Notes: a model not told the origin generated them from the letters alone. Positions 17,994 to 28,185 are shown, counted from the first letter of the stretch. The stretch: DNA of 50,800 nucleotides from an uncultured Muribaculaceae bacterium (GCA_964629735.1 CAZVQX010000004.1:1-50800), one strand, 5' to 3'. Program-made: numbers and translations.

Positions 17994-20382
17994 GTAATTT
18001 TAGAAATAAACGGACAAATTTTGGTTGTAAACCTTTATTTCTCAATTTTCTTATACCTATTCTCTTTTTCTTAATCGGTAAATCACTAAATATTACAGCA
18101 TCAATTTTTTCTTTCATTTCTGTTTCAATTTGTAAATCAGAAATAATTTCTTCAATATCATCATTGATTAAACGGATAGCATCAATTTCAATATCTTTTC
18201 CTTTACAGTTAACAGATAGTTGGGCGATTGTTGAAACATCTTTAACTTCAACAATAAAATCCGGACCATCAGTATATTTTACGTTTTCAATTGGAGCGTC
18301 ATTAACATATGTAATTACTTCATTTGCATATTTAGTGTTACGGAATCTAAATTTATAATTTCTTGTTTTAGGTATAATACCACTTTTTCCCTCTATTGGA
18401 CGAATAATAACCGTATAATTATTAGGCATATAGTTATAATCAATATCAGTTTTAATAAAAAAGCCTTTACGATATAAATCACTCATACCATCATCTTCAA
18501 ATAAGTGGTATAAATTACTGCGACCTGGGAAAATATGTATTTCCATATTTTGTGGTGGAGTTGTATCGAATAAATTACCATTATCACCAAGTGGAATAAT
18601 TGCACCTGCTTTAACAAAAACAGGATAATCTTGGTCTCTAAAAAACGATACATATTCTCGACCTCCTGGAAACTTTTTTCCAGTTACATAATCATACCAA
18701 ACACCATCTGGTAAGTAAAATTTATGAATTACCCGATTCATTATATAATTTTTTTGTGAAATAATTGGTGAGATAAAAAATTCGCTACCAAAATAATATT
18801 GATTTCGATATAAAACATCATCATACATTTCACTATAACGATAATAAATAGGCTCTATTAATAATTTTCCTTCCTTATGATATTTATAAGCCTCTGAATA
18901 TAAATATGGAATTAGACGATGTCTCAGCTTTAAATAATCAGTTACAATAGTATATGTTTTAATACTCCAACGCCATGGTTCTCTTTTATAATACTTACCT
19001 TTTTCACTCCCAAATTTTAAAATTGGACTAAACACACCCAGTTGCACAAATCTTATATATAATTCATTATCTTCTATACCTTTATGATAACCACCTATAT
19101 CATGACTCCACCAAGTAACACCAGCATTAGAAGCACCGGAGTTGAAAAACGGAATTAATTTTATTGTTTTCCAATCAACGATTGTCTTACCAGAGTACAG
19201 AACCGGATAACGATGGGCGGCAATTCCTGCATTACTCGATAATATCATCGGCCTTCTTTTATAATTTCTCTTCATATCATTAAAATGATAATGATTTAAA
19301 ACCCAAGATTCTAATTTATTTTTATTTGCATTAGTATCAATCCAGAAAAAATCAACATCTAAGTTATCTAAAGGATGAATTAACATTTTTAAATAAACAT
19401 CTAAAAATTTAGGGTTTAAAACATTAAATGGAATAATACCTTTATCATTTGTTTCTAAATATTTCTTAGCCTCTTCATAAAATTCTTCATAAGGATAAAT
19501 TCCTTCAAGCGGATTAACGTTTAATCCAACCCGTATTCCTTTTGAGTGTAAATAAGAAATCATTCCATATGGTTCGCGAAATTTTTCTTTGTTAAATGTA
19601 AAACCAGACTTTATATTTTCTAACTTATCATATTTATTTAAATGCCATTCTCCACTTAAAAGAACTATTGAAATAGGAACGCCTTTATATGAAAAATCAT
19701 CAATTAATTTTTTTAAAGATAAATCACTATAATCTTCGTTACGGGACCACCAGTTACCCAAAGCATATCTTGGTATTAAGGCTGGATAACCAGTTAGGCT
19801 AAAATAATCTTTCAAGCACAAATCAAAATCAGTATGATACATAAATAAATAAATATCAATCATTTTATTAGATCGTTCTGTTAAAACACCATTTTCGCTT
19901 AAAATACTTGATTCACTATCATCAATACTAGCAAAACCATCAGATGAATATAATGCCCTTTCAAATTCGTATTTTCCTTTTTTATTACTTAAACGAACTG
20001 TTGGAGCACCTAAATTTCTAACTTCAGGGTGACCATAATACCAAAAACGATCACTATTTTTTAATTCAACTTTTAAATTTGCAGTTGGATTTAAACGTGA
20101 CCCTTGAAATTTTTTCTCTTTTGAATAATATAATTTAAAATATTTAGTTTCAAGTTCAATATACTTATCATCTTCTTTAACGTTAAATTTTGGAGCCTCA
20201 AAATTACGATGCCATGCTAATTGTGTAGGACGATCTTCAAATATTCCTTCTTCACTATATTCTAATCTAATTAATCTTTCTGTTAAAAGTGATATACGAT
20301 ATTTATTACCTTGAAAAACGCATTCTTCATTTACTTGCGCATCATTATAATTAAGTTGAAATTGGGAACCTAATTTATACAT
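17971..20382 (-). CDS. Glycoside hydrolase family 31 protein (divergent catalytic motifs)
   Basis: FFWIDTNA aligns with the W-x-D-M-N-E nucleophile region, and WWSHDIGGY matches the YicI-type FWSHDIGGF. 803 aa. It starts 17 nt downstream of the pyk stop. Confidence 0.8.
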   Translation of the reverse strand: MYKLGSQFQLNYNDAQVNEECVFQGNKYRISLLTERLIRLEYSEEGIFEDRPTQLAWHRNFEAPKFNVKEDDKYIELETKYFKLYYSKEKKFQGSRLNPTANLKVELKNSDRFWYYGHPEVRNLGAPTVRLSNKKGKYEFERALYSSDGFASIDDSESSILSENGVLTERSNKMIDIYLFMYHTDFDLCLKDYFSLTGYPALIPRYALGNWWSRNEDYSDLSLKKLIDDFSYKGVPISIVLLSGEWHLNKYDKLENIKSGFTFNKEKFREPYGMISYLHSKGIRVGLNVNPLEGIYPYEEFYEEAKKYLETNDKGIIPFNVLNPKFLDVYLKMLIHPLDNLDVDFFWIDTNANKNKLESWVLNHYHFNDMKRNYKRRPMILSSNAGIAAHRYPVLYSGKTIVDWKTIKLIPFFNSGASNAGVTWWSHDIGGYHKGIEDNELYIRFVQLGVFSPILKFGSEKGKYYKREPWRWSIKTYTIVTDYLKLRHRLIPYLYSEAYKYHKEGKLLIEPIYYRYSEMYDDVLYRNQYYFGSEFFISPIISQKNYIMNRVIHKFYLPDGVWYDYVTGKKFPGGREYVSFFRDQDYPVFVKAGAIIPLGDNGNLFDTTPPQNMEIHIFPGRSNLYHLFEDDGMSDLYRKGFFIKTDIDYNYMPNNYTVIIRPIEGKSGIIPKTRNYKFRFRNTKYANEVITYVNDAPIENVKYTDGPDFIVEVKDVSTIAQLSVNCKGKDIEIDAIRLINDDIEEIISDLQIETEMKEKIDAVIFSDLPIKKKRIGIRKLRNKGLQPKFVRLFLKLLEYIDQV

Positions 20383-20399
20383 TTAACCACCCCTATTTT

Positions 20400-21815
20400 T
20401 TATATTTCTTCTATTTTCATAAAATTAGTATGACGAACTTCTCGTAATGGATAACCACCAGTTATTATTATTTTATCATTTTCCTCTAGTTGTAATATTT
20501 CTTTAGCCATTTTCCTTGATCTTAATATTATTTTATCAAATGAATTTAACTCTTCCATTAATAAAGGGTAGACACCAAAATTAAGTGCTAAACTCTTGAC
20601 AGTATCTATATTAGGACTAAGAGCAATAATTGGGCAGGTTGGACGAAAACGACTCATTTTACGGGCAGTATAACCACTAAAAGTTGGAACAATAATAGCT
20701 TTAGCTTTCAAACGATTAGCACAATCGGCCACACTATAAGCAATTAAACCTGTTACATCTTGTTTCTCGGTTCTCATTGCCCTACTCAGCAATTCAATAT
20801 AATCAATATTTTCTTCAGCTGAGCGAATAATTTTTTCCATTGTTTGTAAAGTTAATACTGGATAACGACCAATCGTTGTTTCACCACTTAACATTACAGC
20901 GTCAATACCATCAATTACGGCATTAGCAATATCACTTACTTCTGCCCTCGTCGGTTTATCATGATACTCCATTGAAGACAACAATTCAGTTGCAACTATA
21001 CTAATTTTTCCTTGATGATGGCATTTATTAATAATCAGTTTTTGAAGACTAGGTATTCTTTCCATTGGGATTTCAACACCCAAATCACCACGGGCAATCA
21101 TTATTCCATCACTAACCTTAATAATCTCATCTAACTCATTTAATGCTCGTTCATTTTCAATTTTAGCAATTATATTTAAATGATCATTTCCTAAATTAAT
21201 TAATATATCATTTACTAACAAAATATCCTCAGCACTTGAAACAAATGATAAGGCTAAATAATCAACATGCATCATATTAGCAAATTTAATATCCTCAATA
21301 TCTTTTTCACTTAAAAAAGGAATGTCAATTCGTGAACAATTAACATTAACACCTTTATTATCTCGAATAATACCATCATTTAATACTTCACACTCAAGGT
21401 AATCATCAGTTTTTCCTACAACTTTTAATTCAATTTTACCATCATCTAATTTAACAATCATATTATGTTTAATATTATTAATTATTGCTGGCATATTAAG
21501 AGAAAAAGCGTTTTGATCACCAACAATTTCTTTTTTATATATTCTTAAAACTTCCCCTTTTTTTAAATAAGCCTCACCACCCCGAAATCTACCAGTTCGA
21601 ATATCAGGGCCTTCTGTATCAAACATAACTGCCACATTAGTGCGTAACTCCTCATTTAACTCATTAATCTTGTTAATAATATCCATACAAAATGGATAAT
21701 CAGCATGGCTCAAATTAAGGCGAACAACATCTAAACCACTTTGAATTAATTGCTTTATTATTTCTTTATCGGCACTAGCCGGGCCGATTGTGGCTATTAT
21801 TTTTGTTTTATTCAT
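20400..21815 (-). CDS. pyk: Pyruvate kinase
   Basis: TKIIATIGPAS, MIARGDLGVEIP and MLSGETT motifs. 471 aa. Confidence 0.95.
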   Translation of the reverse strand: MNKTKIIATIGPASADKEIIKQLIQSGLDVVRLNLSHADYPFCMDIINKINELNEELRTNVAVMFDTEGPDIRTGRFRGGEAYLKKGEVLRIYKKEIVGDQNAFSLNMPAIINNIKHNMIVKLDDGKIELKVVGKTDDYLECEVLNDGIIRDNKGVNVNCSRIDIPFLSEKDIEDIKFANMMHVDYLALSFVSSAEDILLVNDILINLGNDHLNIIAKIENERALNELDEIIKVSDGIMIARGDLGVEIPMERIPSLQKLIINKCHHQGKISIVATELLSSMEYHDKPTRAEVSDIANAVIDGIDAVMLSGETTIGRYPVLTLQTMEKIIRSAEENIDYIELLSRAMRTEKQDVTGLIAYSVADCANRLKAKAIIVPTFSGYTARKMSRFRPTCPIIALSPNIDTVKSLALNFGVYPLLMEELNSFDKIILRSRKMAKEILQLEENDKIIITGGYPLREVRHTNFMKIEEI

Positions 21816-21909
21816 AGTATCACCATACCAATTATATCAAGTTTTTACAAAAAAAGGAATTATTTTTAAAAATTTGTTATAATATTAACACCTTAGGAGG
21901 GGTAGTAAT

Positions 21910-23382
21910 ATGAACCCATTTATATATTCAGATAGCAATAAAAGATATCATACTTTAAATTATTTTTATCAACAAAAATTTAAATCAAAAGTATTTAAAG
22001 TTAGTTTAAATGCTGGTTTTTCATGTCCTAATCTTGATGGGACCGTTGGTGTTGGTGGTTGTATTTATTGTTCAAAATTAGGAAGTGGTGAATTTGCCGG
22101 ACATTTAGGGGATAATTTAATCAAACAATTTAATGATGTTAAAAGTATTTTACATAAAAAATGGCCGGAAGCATTATATATTGGCTACTTTCAAGCAAGG
22201 ACTAATACATATGCCCCGGTAAATATATTAAAAGATAAATATGAAACAATTTTAAACTTAGATAATGTTGTAGGGTTATCTATTGCAACTAGACCTGATG
22301 CAATAAGTGATGAAGTTTTTGAATATTTAAAAGAATTAAATAATAAAACATTTTTAACAATTGAATTAGGTTTACAAACTATACACAGTAAAACAACCAA
22401 ATTAATTAATCGTTGTCATACTTTGGAATGTTTTACTGAAATGGTTTATAAATTAAAAAAAGCAAATATTAATGTTGTAGTACATATTATTAATGGGTTA
22501 CCTTATGAAACAAAAGAAATGATGTTAGAAACAGTTAATTATTTAAATAAACTACCTATTAATGGGATTAAAGTTCATATGTTACATATTTTAAAAAATA
22601 CAGAACTTGCCCAAATATATCAAACAAAACCCTTCCATGTTTTAACTAAAGAAGAATACGTTGATATTGTATGTGATCAATTAGAAAGTCTACACCCAGA
22701 TATAGTTATCGAAAGAATTACTGGCGATCCTAAAGTTGAAGATTTAATTGAACCTAATTGGCTGATCAAAAAATTTAGTGTGTTAAATGAAATTGATAAA
22801 GAGTTAGCTAGGCGGGATACTTATCAAGGTTTTAATCTAAGTATATTAAATAAATCAAAACAATTAATTAGAAAATATGTCAAACATAACGACATTGTTG
22901 TTGACGCAACTGTTGGAAATGGTTATGATACTTTATATTTAGCCAAGAATGCAAAAAATGGATTTGTTTTTGGCTTTGATATACAAAAAATAGCAATTGA
23001 TAATACGATACAATTATTAAACAAAAATAACATTAATAACTATAAACTATTTTTAGATAATCACATAAATATAAATAAAAAATTAAATAATTATATTGGT
23101 AAAATAAGTTTAATTATTTTCAATCTTGGTTTTTTACCAGGTAGTGATAAAAAAATTAAAACTAATTATATAACAACTATTGAATCTATAAATAATTCCC
23201 TTCCTCTTTTAAATAATAAGGGTACAATTTTAATAACTGTTTATCCAGGACATCCAGAGGGGAAAAGGGAAAGTGTTGAACTAAATAAATATTTTCAAAA
23301 ACTAAATAATTATAAAATTAATTATTATCATAATACCAATAATGAACTAGCACCATATTTAATTGAAATCAAAAAGATGTAG
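21910..23382 (+). CDS. Fusion protein: TIGR01212-type radical SAM (YtqA/MnmL-like) plus class I SAM methyltransferase (YtqB/MnmM-like)
   Basis: The N-terminal ~305 aa carries CPNLDGTVGVGGCIYC and an ELGLQT radical SAM core. The C-terminal ~185 aa carries VVDATVGNGYDTLYLA (SAM motif I) and VYPGHPEG. The junction is near nt 22830. Confidence 0.8.
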   Translation: MNPFIYSDSNKRYHTLNYFYQQKFKSKVFKVSLNAGFSCPNLDGTVGVGGCIYCSKLGSGEFAGHLGDNLIKQFNDVKSILHKKWPEALYIGYFQARTNTYAPVNILKDKYETILNLDNVVGLSIATRPDAISDEVFEYLKELNNKTFLTIELGLQTIHSKTTKLINRCHTLECFTEMVYKLKKANINVVVHIINGLPYETKEMMLETVNYLNKLPINGIKVHMLHILKNTELAQIYQTKPFHVLTKEEYVDIVCDQLESLHPDIVIERITGDPKVEDLIEPNWLIKKFSVLNEIDKELARRDTYQGFNLSILNKSKQLIRKYVKHNDIVVDATVGNGYDTLYLAKNAKNGFVFGFDIQKIAIDNTIQLLNKNNINNYKLFLDNHININKKLNNYIGKISLIIFNLGFLPGSDKKIKTNYITTIESINNSLPLLNNKGTILITVYPGHPEGKRESVELNKYFQKLNNYKINYYHNTNNELAPYLIEIKKM

Positions 23383-23401
23383 GAGGTGACCTACATCTTT
23401 T
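23372..23401. terminator. Bidirectional intrinsic terminator
   Basis: aaaagatgtagg-aggtga-cctacatctttt forms a 12-bp stem. It overlaps the fusion gene's stop codon and also lies downstream of the HerA-like operon. Confidence 0.7.
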
Positions 23402-23442
23402 ATTAATAAGTTGCTTTTTAAAATTGCATTATGAAACATATC

Positions 23443-23586
23443 TTAAAAGTTATCATACTTTATATTTTTCTTACAAAAAATAGGATTTAAAACTTTTTGA
23501 AAATTGTACTTAATTTTATTTTCGTTTTTTACTTCAAGAACATAATTTAAATCCTCATGTAACTCAACCTGTGTTTTTATTGCCAT
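23443..23586 (-). CDS. Possible 47-aa ORF between the HerA-like gene and the terminator
   Basis: ATG 23586, translating to MAIKTQVELHEDLNYVLEVKNENKIKYNFQKVLNPIFCKKNIKYDNF*. The RBS is weak (AAAAGG, 11 nt upstream). No recognisable motif. Confidence 0.2.
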   Translation of the reverse strand: MAIKTQVELHEDLNYVLEVKNENKIKYNFQKVLNPIFCKKNIKYDNF

Positions 23587-23612
23587 ATTAATTACAGCCT
23601 TTTATAAATCGG

Positions 23613-25376
23613 TTAAATAAACCATACTTGACTTATATCAGCACTACTGCTTTCTGGAGCTGGATTTGGCATTGCAAACTTCAATAAAACAGGAACATTA
23701 AAAGCTAATCCAAATGCCATACAAACACCCGGTTGTAATATTCTTAAACTTTTAATAATTTCATTTGTAATATTTGGAACCATTTCTCGTATATATTCAA
23801 CATCGCGAGGATGTAACATTTTAAAAATAAGGAAATTATTACATTGTGATAATGTTGTTTCAGATAACTCAGAAGGGCGTTGAGATATTAGTCCTAATAA
23901 AACACCATATTTTCTTCCTTCTTTTGTTATACGTTCAAAAATATTATATCCTAACAAATTAACATCATTATCATTTTGAACATAGCGGTGAGCTTCTTCT
24001 AAAATAATATGGAATGGTAGTGATGCTCGTTTATCACTTTCTTTGGCATGATTAAATAATAATTTAGAATATATTTTTGTTATTGTTTTGGCTAATCGGT
24101 CATCAATATAGTTTATGTTAAAATTAATTATTTGAGCCTTTTTACCATTATGAGCTGTTAATAGTTTTCTAATATATTGTTCACGGCTAATATATTCTGG
24201 ATAATCAAAATATTCACTATAACTACTATTAACTAAAGAATTTAATCTCGTTTTTAAAACGTTTGATTCGTCATATATTTTATCACTTTTTAAAATACCT
24301 TCTGATATAAGCGCGAATTCAAATGCATCTTTTAAATCCTTTAAACCATATTTAAAAGAACCATCAGGTAAATTTAATTCTAAATCATCAGTTATAAAAC
24401 TTTCGATAAAATTAGTAAGTAATTCCATTTCACGGATTTTACCAGAGGCATCTACTAAAAACAATTGTTTTAATGGTCTAGTATAACCCGGTTGAAAAAT
24501 TTGAGTCTCTAAATTTAATTCGCTAGTATTATAATAACTTAAAATTGAGAAAATTTGATCTCTTATTTGAACTGATGGTCGACCACTTGCTAAAATATCT
24601 AATATAGCTCGTGCTATAATATCATTTTTATGCTTTAAAACTAATTCTTCTTCTCTACCAAAAATGGTTACTAATTTTAAGGCTTTTTCTATTATTGGTA
24701 ATTGTGAATGAATATCTGCACCAAGTAATATTGCAATATCATCAACATCTAATAACCATAATGGGATTTTTAACACTTCAGTATCACTAAATTTTAAATT
24801 AGTCGTATATGTTTTAAAATTTATATTAGGATTTTTTTCATTTAATTTACTAAAAGCATTATGATATTCGCCATATGCATCAAAAATCAAAATACTTGCA
24901 CGATAGGCAACTGCATTTGGATTTTCAAATAAATTTTGAAATATTCTTGCTATACTACAAGATTTACCGCTACCCGTTGAACCAAATATTGCAAAATGAT
25001 TACTAAAAAAGCGATTTATGTTTACTCCTAGTTTTACCCCAGGATAAACTGGGCTCGTCCCTAAAATTAAATCTTTACCATCAGCATAATCAGGTATTCC
25101 CATTATTAATGGGATTTTTTCCCTTGAAATAAGCATTACTCTAGATGAAAAGGACGGTTTACGAATAACCCCAAAAACAAATTTATCATTTATTATTTCA
25201 CCAATTAAATTAGCTTGTGCTATTTTACCATTAACGCTGACTATTTCACCTACTAATTTTTTACCCTCGTCTTCCATTATAATATATAAATTTATTAAAC
25301 TTTGAATTTTATTTATATCAATACTTAACTCAATTGTTACTAAATTTTCTTCAACCCCTATTATTTTTCCTAGCAC
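23613..25376 (-). CDS. HerA-like FtsK/HerA-superfamily ATPase (DUF87) with an N-terminal HAS-barrel
   Basis: Walker A FGSTGSGKS, Walker B-like HIILEEAHRYV, and GLISQRPSELS, which is typical of HerA. GTG start 7 nt after AAGGAG, 16 nt downstream of yqeH. Confidence 0.8.
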   Translation of the reverse strand: MLGKIIGVEENLVTIELSIDINKIQSLINLYIIMEDEGKKLVGEIVSVNGKIAQANLIGEIINDKFVFGVIRKPSFSSRVMLISREKIPLIMGIPDYADGKDLILGTSPVYPGVKLGVNINRFFSNHFAIFGSTGSGKSCSIARIFQNLFENPNAVAYRASILIFDAYGEYHNAFSKLNEKNPNINFKTYTTNLKFSDTEVLKIPLWLLDVDDIAILLGADIHSQLPIIEKALKLVTIFGREEELVLKHKNDIIARAILDILASGRPSVQIRDQIFSILSYYNTSELNLETQIFQPGYTRPLKQLFLVDASGKIREMELLTNFIESFITDDLELNLPDGSFKYGLKDLKDAFEFALISEGILKSDKIYDESNVLKTRLNSLVNSSYSEYFDYPEYISREQYIRKLLTAHNGKKAQIINFNINYIDDRLAKTITKIYSKLLFNHAKESDKRASLPFHIILEEAHRYVQNDNDVNLLGYNIFERITKEGRKYGVLLGLISQRPSELSETTLSQCNNFLIFKMLHPRDVEYIREMVPNITNEIIKSLRILQPGVCMAFGLAFNVPVLLKFAMPNPAPESSSADISQVWFI

Positions 25377-25392
25377 ATAACCACTCCTTATT

Positions 25393-26385
25393 CTATATTA
25401 AACTTGGGCGAGTATATACATCTACCCCTTCAAACGCATATACTTCCACTATTGAAGGCTTCTTAAATTTAACAAAACATAATCCCTTAATAACAATATC
25501 TTGATTTTCTTTAACTCTTACTGTATGTTTATGAAAATTTTCATTCTTTGGTTTTCCATAAACTCTTTTTATTAACAATTTATTTGATAAATAAAATGTA
25601 ATATCGTTTGCACCTTCTATATAAAAACTTGCAAATTCATCAATTACTATTTGTTGTTCTTTTTTTATTTGAAAAGTAACAGGTTTCAACACATTATTAG
25701 GCACTATTTTATTTAAGCTTTTATTATTATATATTTCAATTATACTATTTTCATCTATCAAGCCAGGCGTATCAACTAATGTTAAACTATCATTAATGTC
25801 TATAAAAATATTATCAAGAGTTGTTGTTGGTTTATTACTAGTTGTTACTTTTCTTTTAAAATCAGAATAATTATAAATTATTTTATTAATTAAAGTTGAT
25901 TTACCAACATTAGTATATCCTATTACATAAACATAAATACTTTTTTTATATTTATTTATTAATGAGATTAAATTGTCTAAATTATAATTCTTATTACTAC
26001 TTATTGTAACAATATCTTTATATTTAATATTAAAATTATTTAAATATGCTTTTAATTTTTCTTCTGATAAATATGGTTTTAATAAATCATATTTAGTAAA
26101 TACAACAATTAAATCATTATTAATATTTTTGGTGATTATATCTAAATCTTTTGGTATATTAAAAATATCAATTAATAACAAAACAAGATCATTAGAATTA
26201 TTAATCTCTTGTAACATTCCTGCAATATCATCATTCGTCTTGACAATTGATTGATATTGATTATAATTTTGGATTTTAAAACATCTCATACAAAGTTTCG
26301 ACTGATTTAACTCACCCTTAACATAACCTGATTTTTCAGGTGATTTATTTTGTAATAAAACGCCACATCCTAAACACTTAATCAT
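25393..26385 (-). CDS. yqeH: Ribosome biogenesis GTPase YqeH
   Basis: N-terminal zinc-finger CLGCG...CMRC and a circularly permuted GTPase (TKYDLL before GYTNVGKST). Confidence 0.88.
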   Translation of the reverse strand: MIKCLGCGVLLQNKSPEKSGYVKGELNQSKLCMRCFKIQNYNQYQSIVKTNDDIAGMLQEINNSNDLVLLLIDIFNIPKDLDIITKNINNDLIVVFTKYDLLKPYLSEEKLKAYLNNFNIKYKDIVTISSNKNYNLDNLISLINKYKKSIYVYVIGYTNVGKSTLINKIIYNYSDFKRKVTTSNKPTTTLDNIFIDINDSLTLVDTPGLIDENSIIEIYNNKSLNKIVPNNVLKPVTFQIKKEQQIVIDEFASFYIEGANDITFYLSNKLLIKRVYGKPKNENFHKHTVRVKENQDIVIKGLCFVKFKKPSIVEVYAFEGVDVYTRPSLI

Positions 26386-26899
26386 AATATTTACCTAATA
26401 CAAACAGATCATCTTTTCTTAATTTTCTCATTAATCTCTTTTCAAGCAGGCGGTTAAATCGAGTTACAAATAAATCTTTAGCACTTATAGGATTAATTAA
26501 AATTGTTGTTATTCCTACCTTATTACCACCTAAAACATCAGTGAATAATTGATCACCAATTATCGCAACTTCACTCTCGTTGTAATCATTTTCTCTCAAT
26601 ACTTTTTTAAAGTTTTTAGGAAAAGGTTTACAAGCTGATGAATAAAATTTAACACCTAACTCCTCGGCAAAAACTTTTACTCGGCTCTTAGAACTATTAG
26701 AAAATATATATATATTAAAATTTTGTTCTTTTAACTCGTTAAATAAGGTTTTTAACTTTTTATTTGATTTCTTAATACTTGCAGGAACCAATGTATTGTC
26801 TAAGTCAAACAAAAGACATTTGATACCTCTATTTATTAATTTTTGATAATCGATCGTGTAAATACTTTGTTGATAAATATCCGGTATATATTTTTCCAT
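26378..26899 (-). CDS. yqeG: YqeG-family HAD phosphatase
   Basis: LLFDLDNTL and IGDQLFTDVLGGN motifs. Its stop overlaps the yqeH start, as in the Bacillus yqeG-yqeH pair. Confidence 0.88.
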   Translation of the reverse strand: MEKYIPDIYQQSIYTIDYQKLINRGIKCLLFDLDNTLVPASIKKSNKKLKTLFNELKEQNFNIYIFSNSSKSRVKVFAEELGVKFYSSACKPFPKNFKKVLRENDYNESEVAIIGDQLFTDVLGGNKVGITTILINPISAKDLFVTRFNRLLEKRLMRKLRKDDLFVLGKYYD

Positions 26900-26972
26900 G
26901 ATTACCTCCTACATTTATACCTATCATTATAACAAAAAATCATGTATAATACAATTTGTTGGAGGGATTTTT

Positions 26973-27491
26973 ATGAATATCGGATTATATTTTATTATTT
27001 TTATTTCAAAAGTAATTGAAAATACACTTGCAACACTTAGATTAATTGTAGTTGCAAACGGAAAAAAAGGATTAGGTGCAGTTTTACAATTTATAATTGC
27101 CCTTGTTTGGGTAATTGTTACTGGTGCCGTTGTTACCAATATTACTGAAGATCCATTAAAAATTGTTTTCTTTGCCCTAGGTTCTTTTGTCGGCTCTTAT
27201 ACTGGTAGTTTTATTGAAGAAAAAATGGCCTTGGGTAGTAATATGCTAATGGCTATTGTCGATAAAGATTTAGGTGAAGTTATAATTAATAAGTTGAGAC
27301 AAAATAATTTTGCTGTAACTGTTTTAGAGGGCGAAGGGAAAGATAAGGAAAGAAATGTTTTAATGATAATGGTATCTAGGAAAAAACGCCATGACGTCGT
27401 TGATATTATCAAGAGTATTGATAAAGAGTGTATGATTGTTGCCGAATCTGCTCGCACTATTAGTGGTGGTTATAATCAAGAAAAAAATTAA
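26973..27491 (+). CDS. UPF0316 / DUF2179 family membrane protein
   Basis: Start placed at ATG 26973 after GGAGGG. Three TM helices are followed by a DUF2179-like soluble domain (AVTVLEGEGKDKERNVLMIMV). Confidence 0.75.
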   Translation: MNIGLYFIIFISKVIENTLATLRLIVVANGKKGLGAVLQFIIALVWVIVTGAVVTNITEDPLKIVFFALGSFVGSYTGSFIEEKMALGSNMLMAIVDKDLGEVIINKLRQNNFAVTVLEGEGKDKERNVLMIMVSRKKRHDVVDIIKSIDKECMIVAESARTISGGYNQEKN

Positions 27492-27498
27492 TAGTTCA

Positions 27499-28185
27499 TT
27501 ATTTCTTAAATAAATAAGATTTATCTGTAATAAAATACATTTTATCTGTTATATTTTTTAAATGAGTTTGAAAAAACTCTTTTTTATTTACCGTCCAAAA
27601 AAACAATGTTTTATTAGTTGTAAGAGATTGAAAGAAATTGTAATTAATAAAAAAACCATTATACCTAATATCATATTCATCAATATCCATTTCTGATGGT
27701 ATAATCGGTATTGATAAACCAATATTAAATAAATAATTATGATTTATTAAATACTCTGTTAATTTATTACTAGCACTAGTTAACCATATATTTAAGTGTT
27801 TATATTTTTTTACAACTTTTAAAACTAAATTAGCAACCTCTCGATAATCTAGAAAATAACTTTTAATATCAATTATAATTAATTTATTACTCTTAATTTT
27901 ATTTAACATTTCATTTAATGTAACTATTTTTGAACTATGATATTTATTACCAAAGTTAAATTGTTTTAATTCTTTAAGAGTCATGTTTCGAATAATACCA
28001 TATCCATCACTAACTCGGTGAATAGTATAATCATGATTAACAACCAATTTTTTATCTTTTGTTATTTGAACATCAATTTCAACCCCCTTTATATAATCTT
28101 CTTTTAAAGATGATAAAACCGCCCCGATTGTATTTTCTTGATATGAATGATCATTATTTCCACGATGTGATATTAAATTATTCAT
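27499..28185 (-). CDS. Glycerophosphodiester phosphodiesterase family protein
   Basis: ISHRGNN ... ENT ... GVEIDVQITKD ... VVNHD motifs. Start ATG 28185 after GGGGTG. Confidence 0.82.
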   Translation of the reverse strand: MNNLISHRGNNDHSYQENTIGAVLSSLKEDYIKGVEIDVQITKDKKLVVNHDYTIHRVSDGYGIIRNMTLKELKQFNFGNKYHSSKIVTLNEMLNKIKSNKLIIIDIKSYFLDYREVANLVLKVVKKYKHLNIWLTSASNKLTEYLINHNYLFNIGLSIPIIPSEMDIDEYDIRYNGFFINYNFFQSLTTNKTLFFWTVNKKEFFQTHLKNITDKMYFITDKSYLFKK

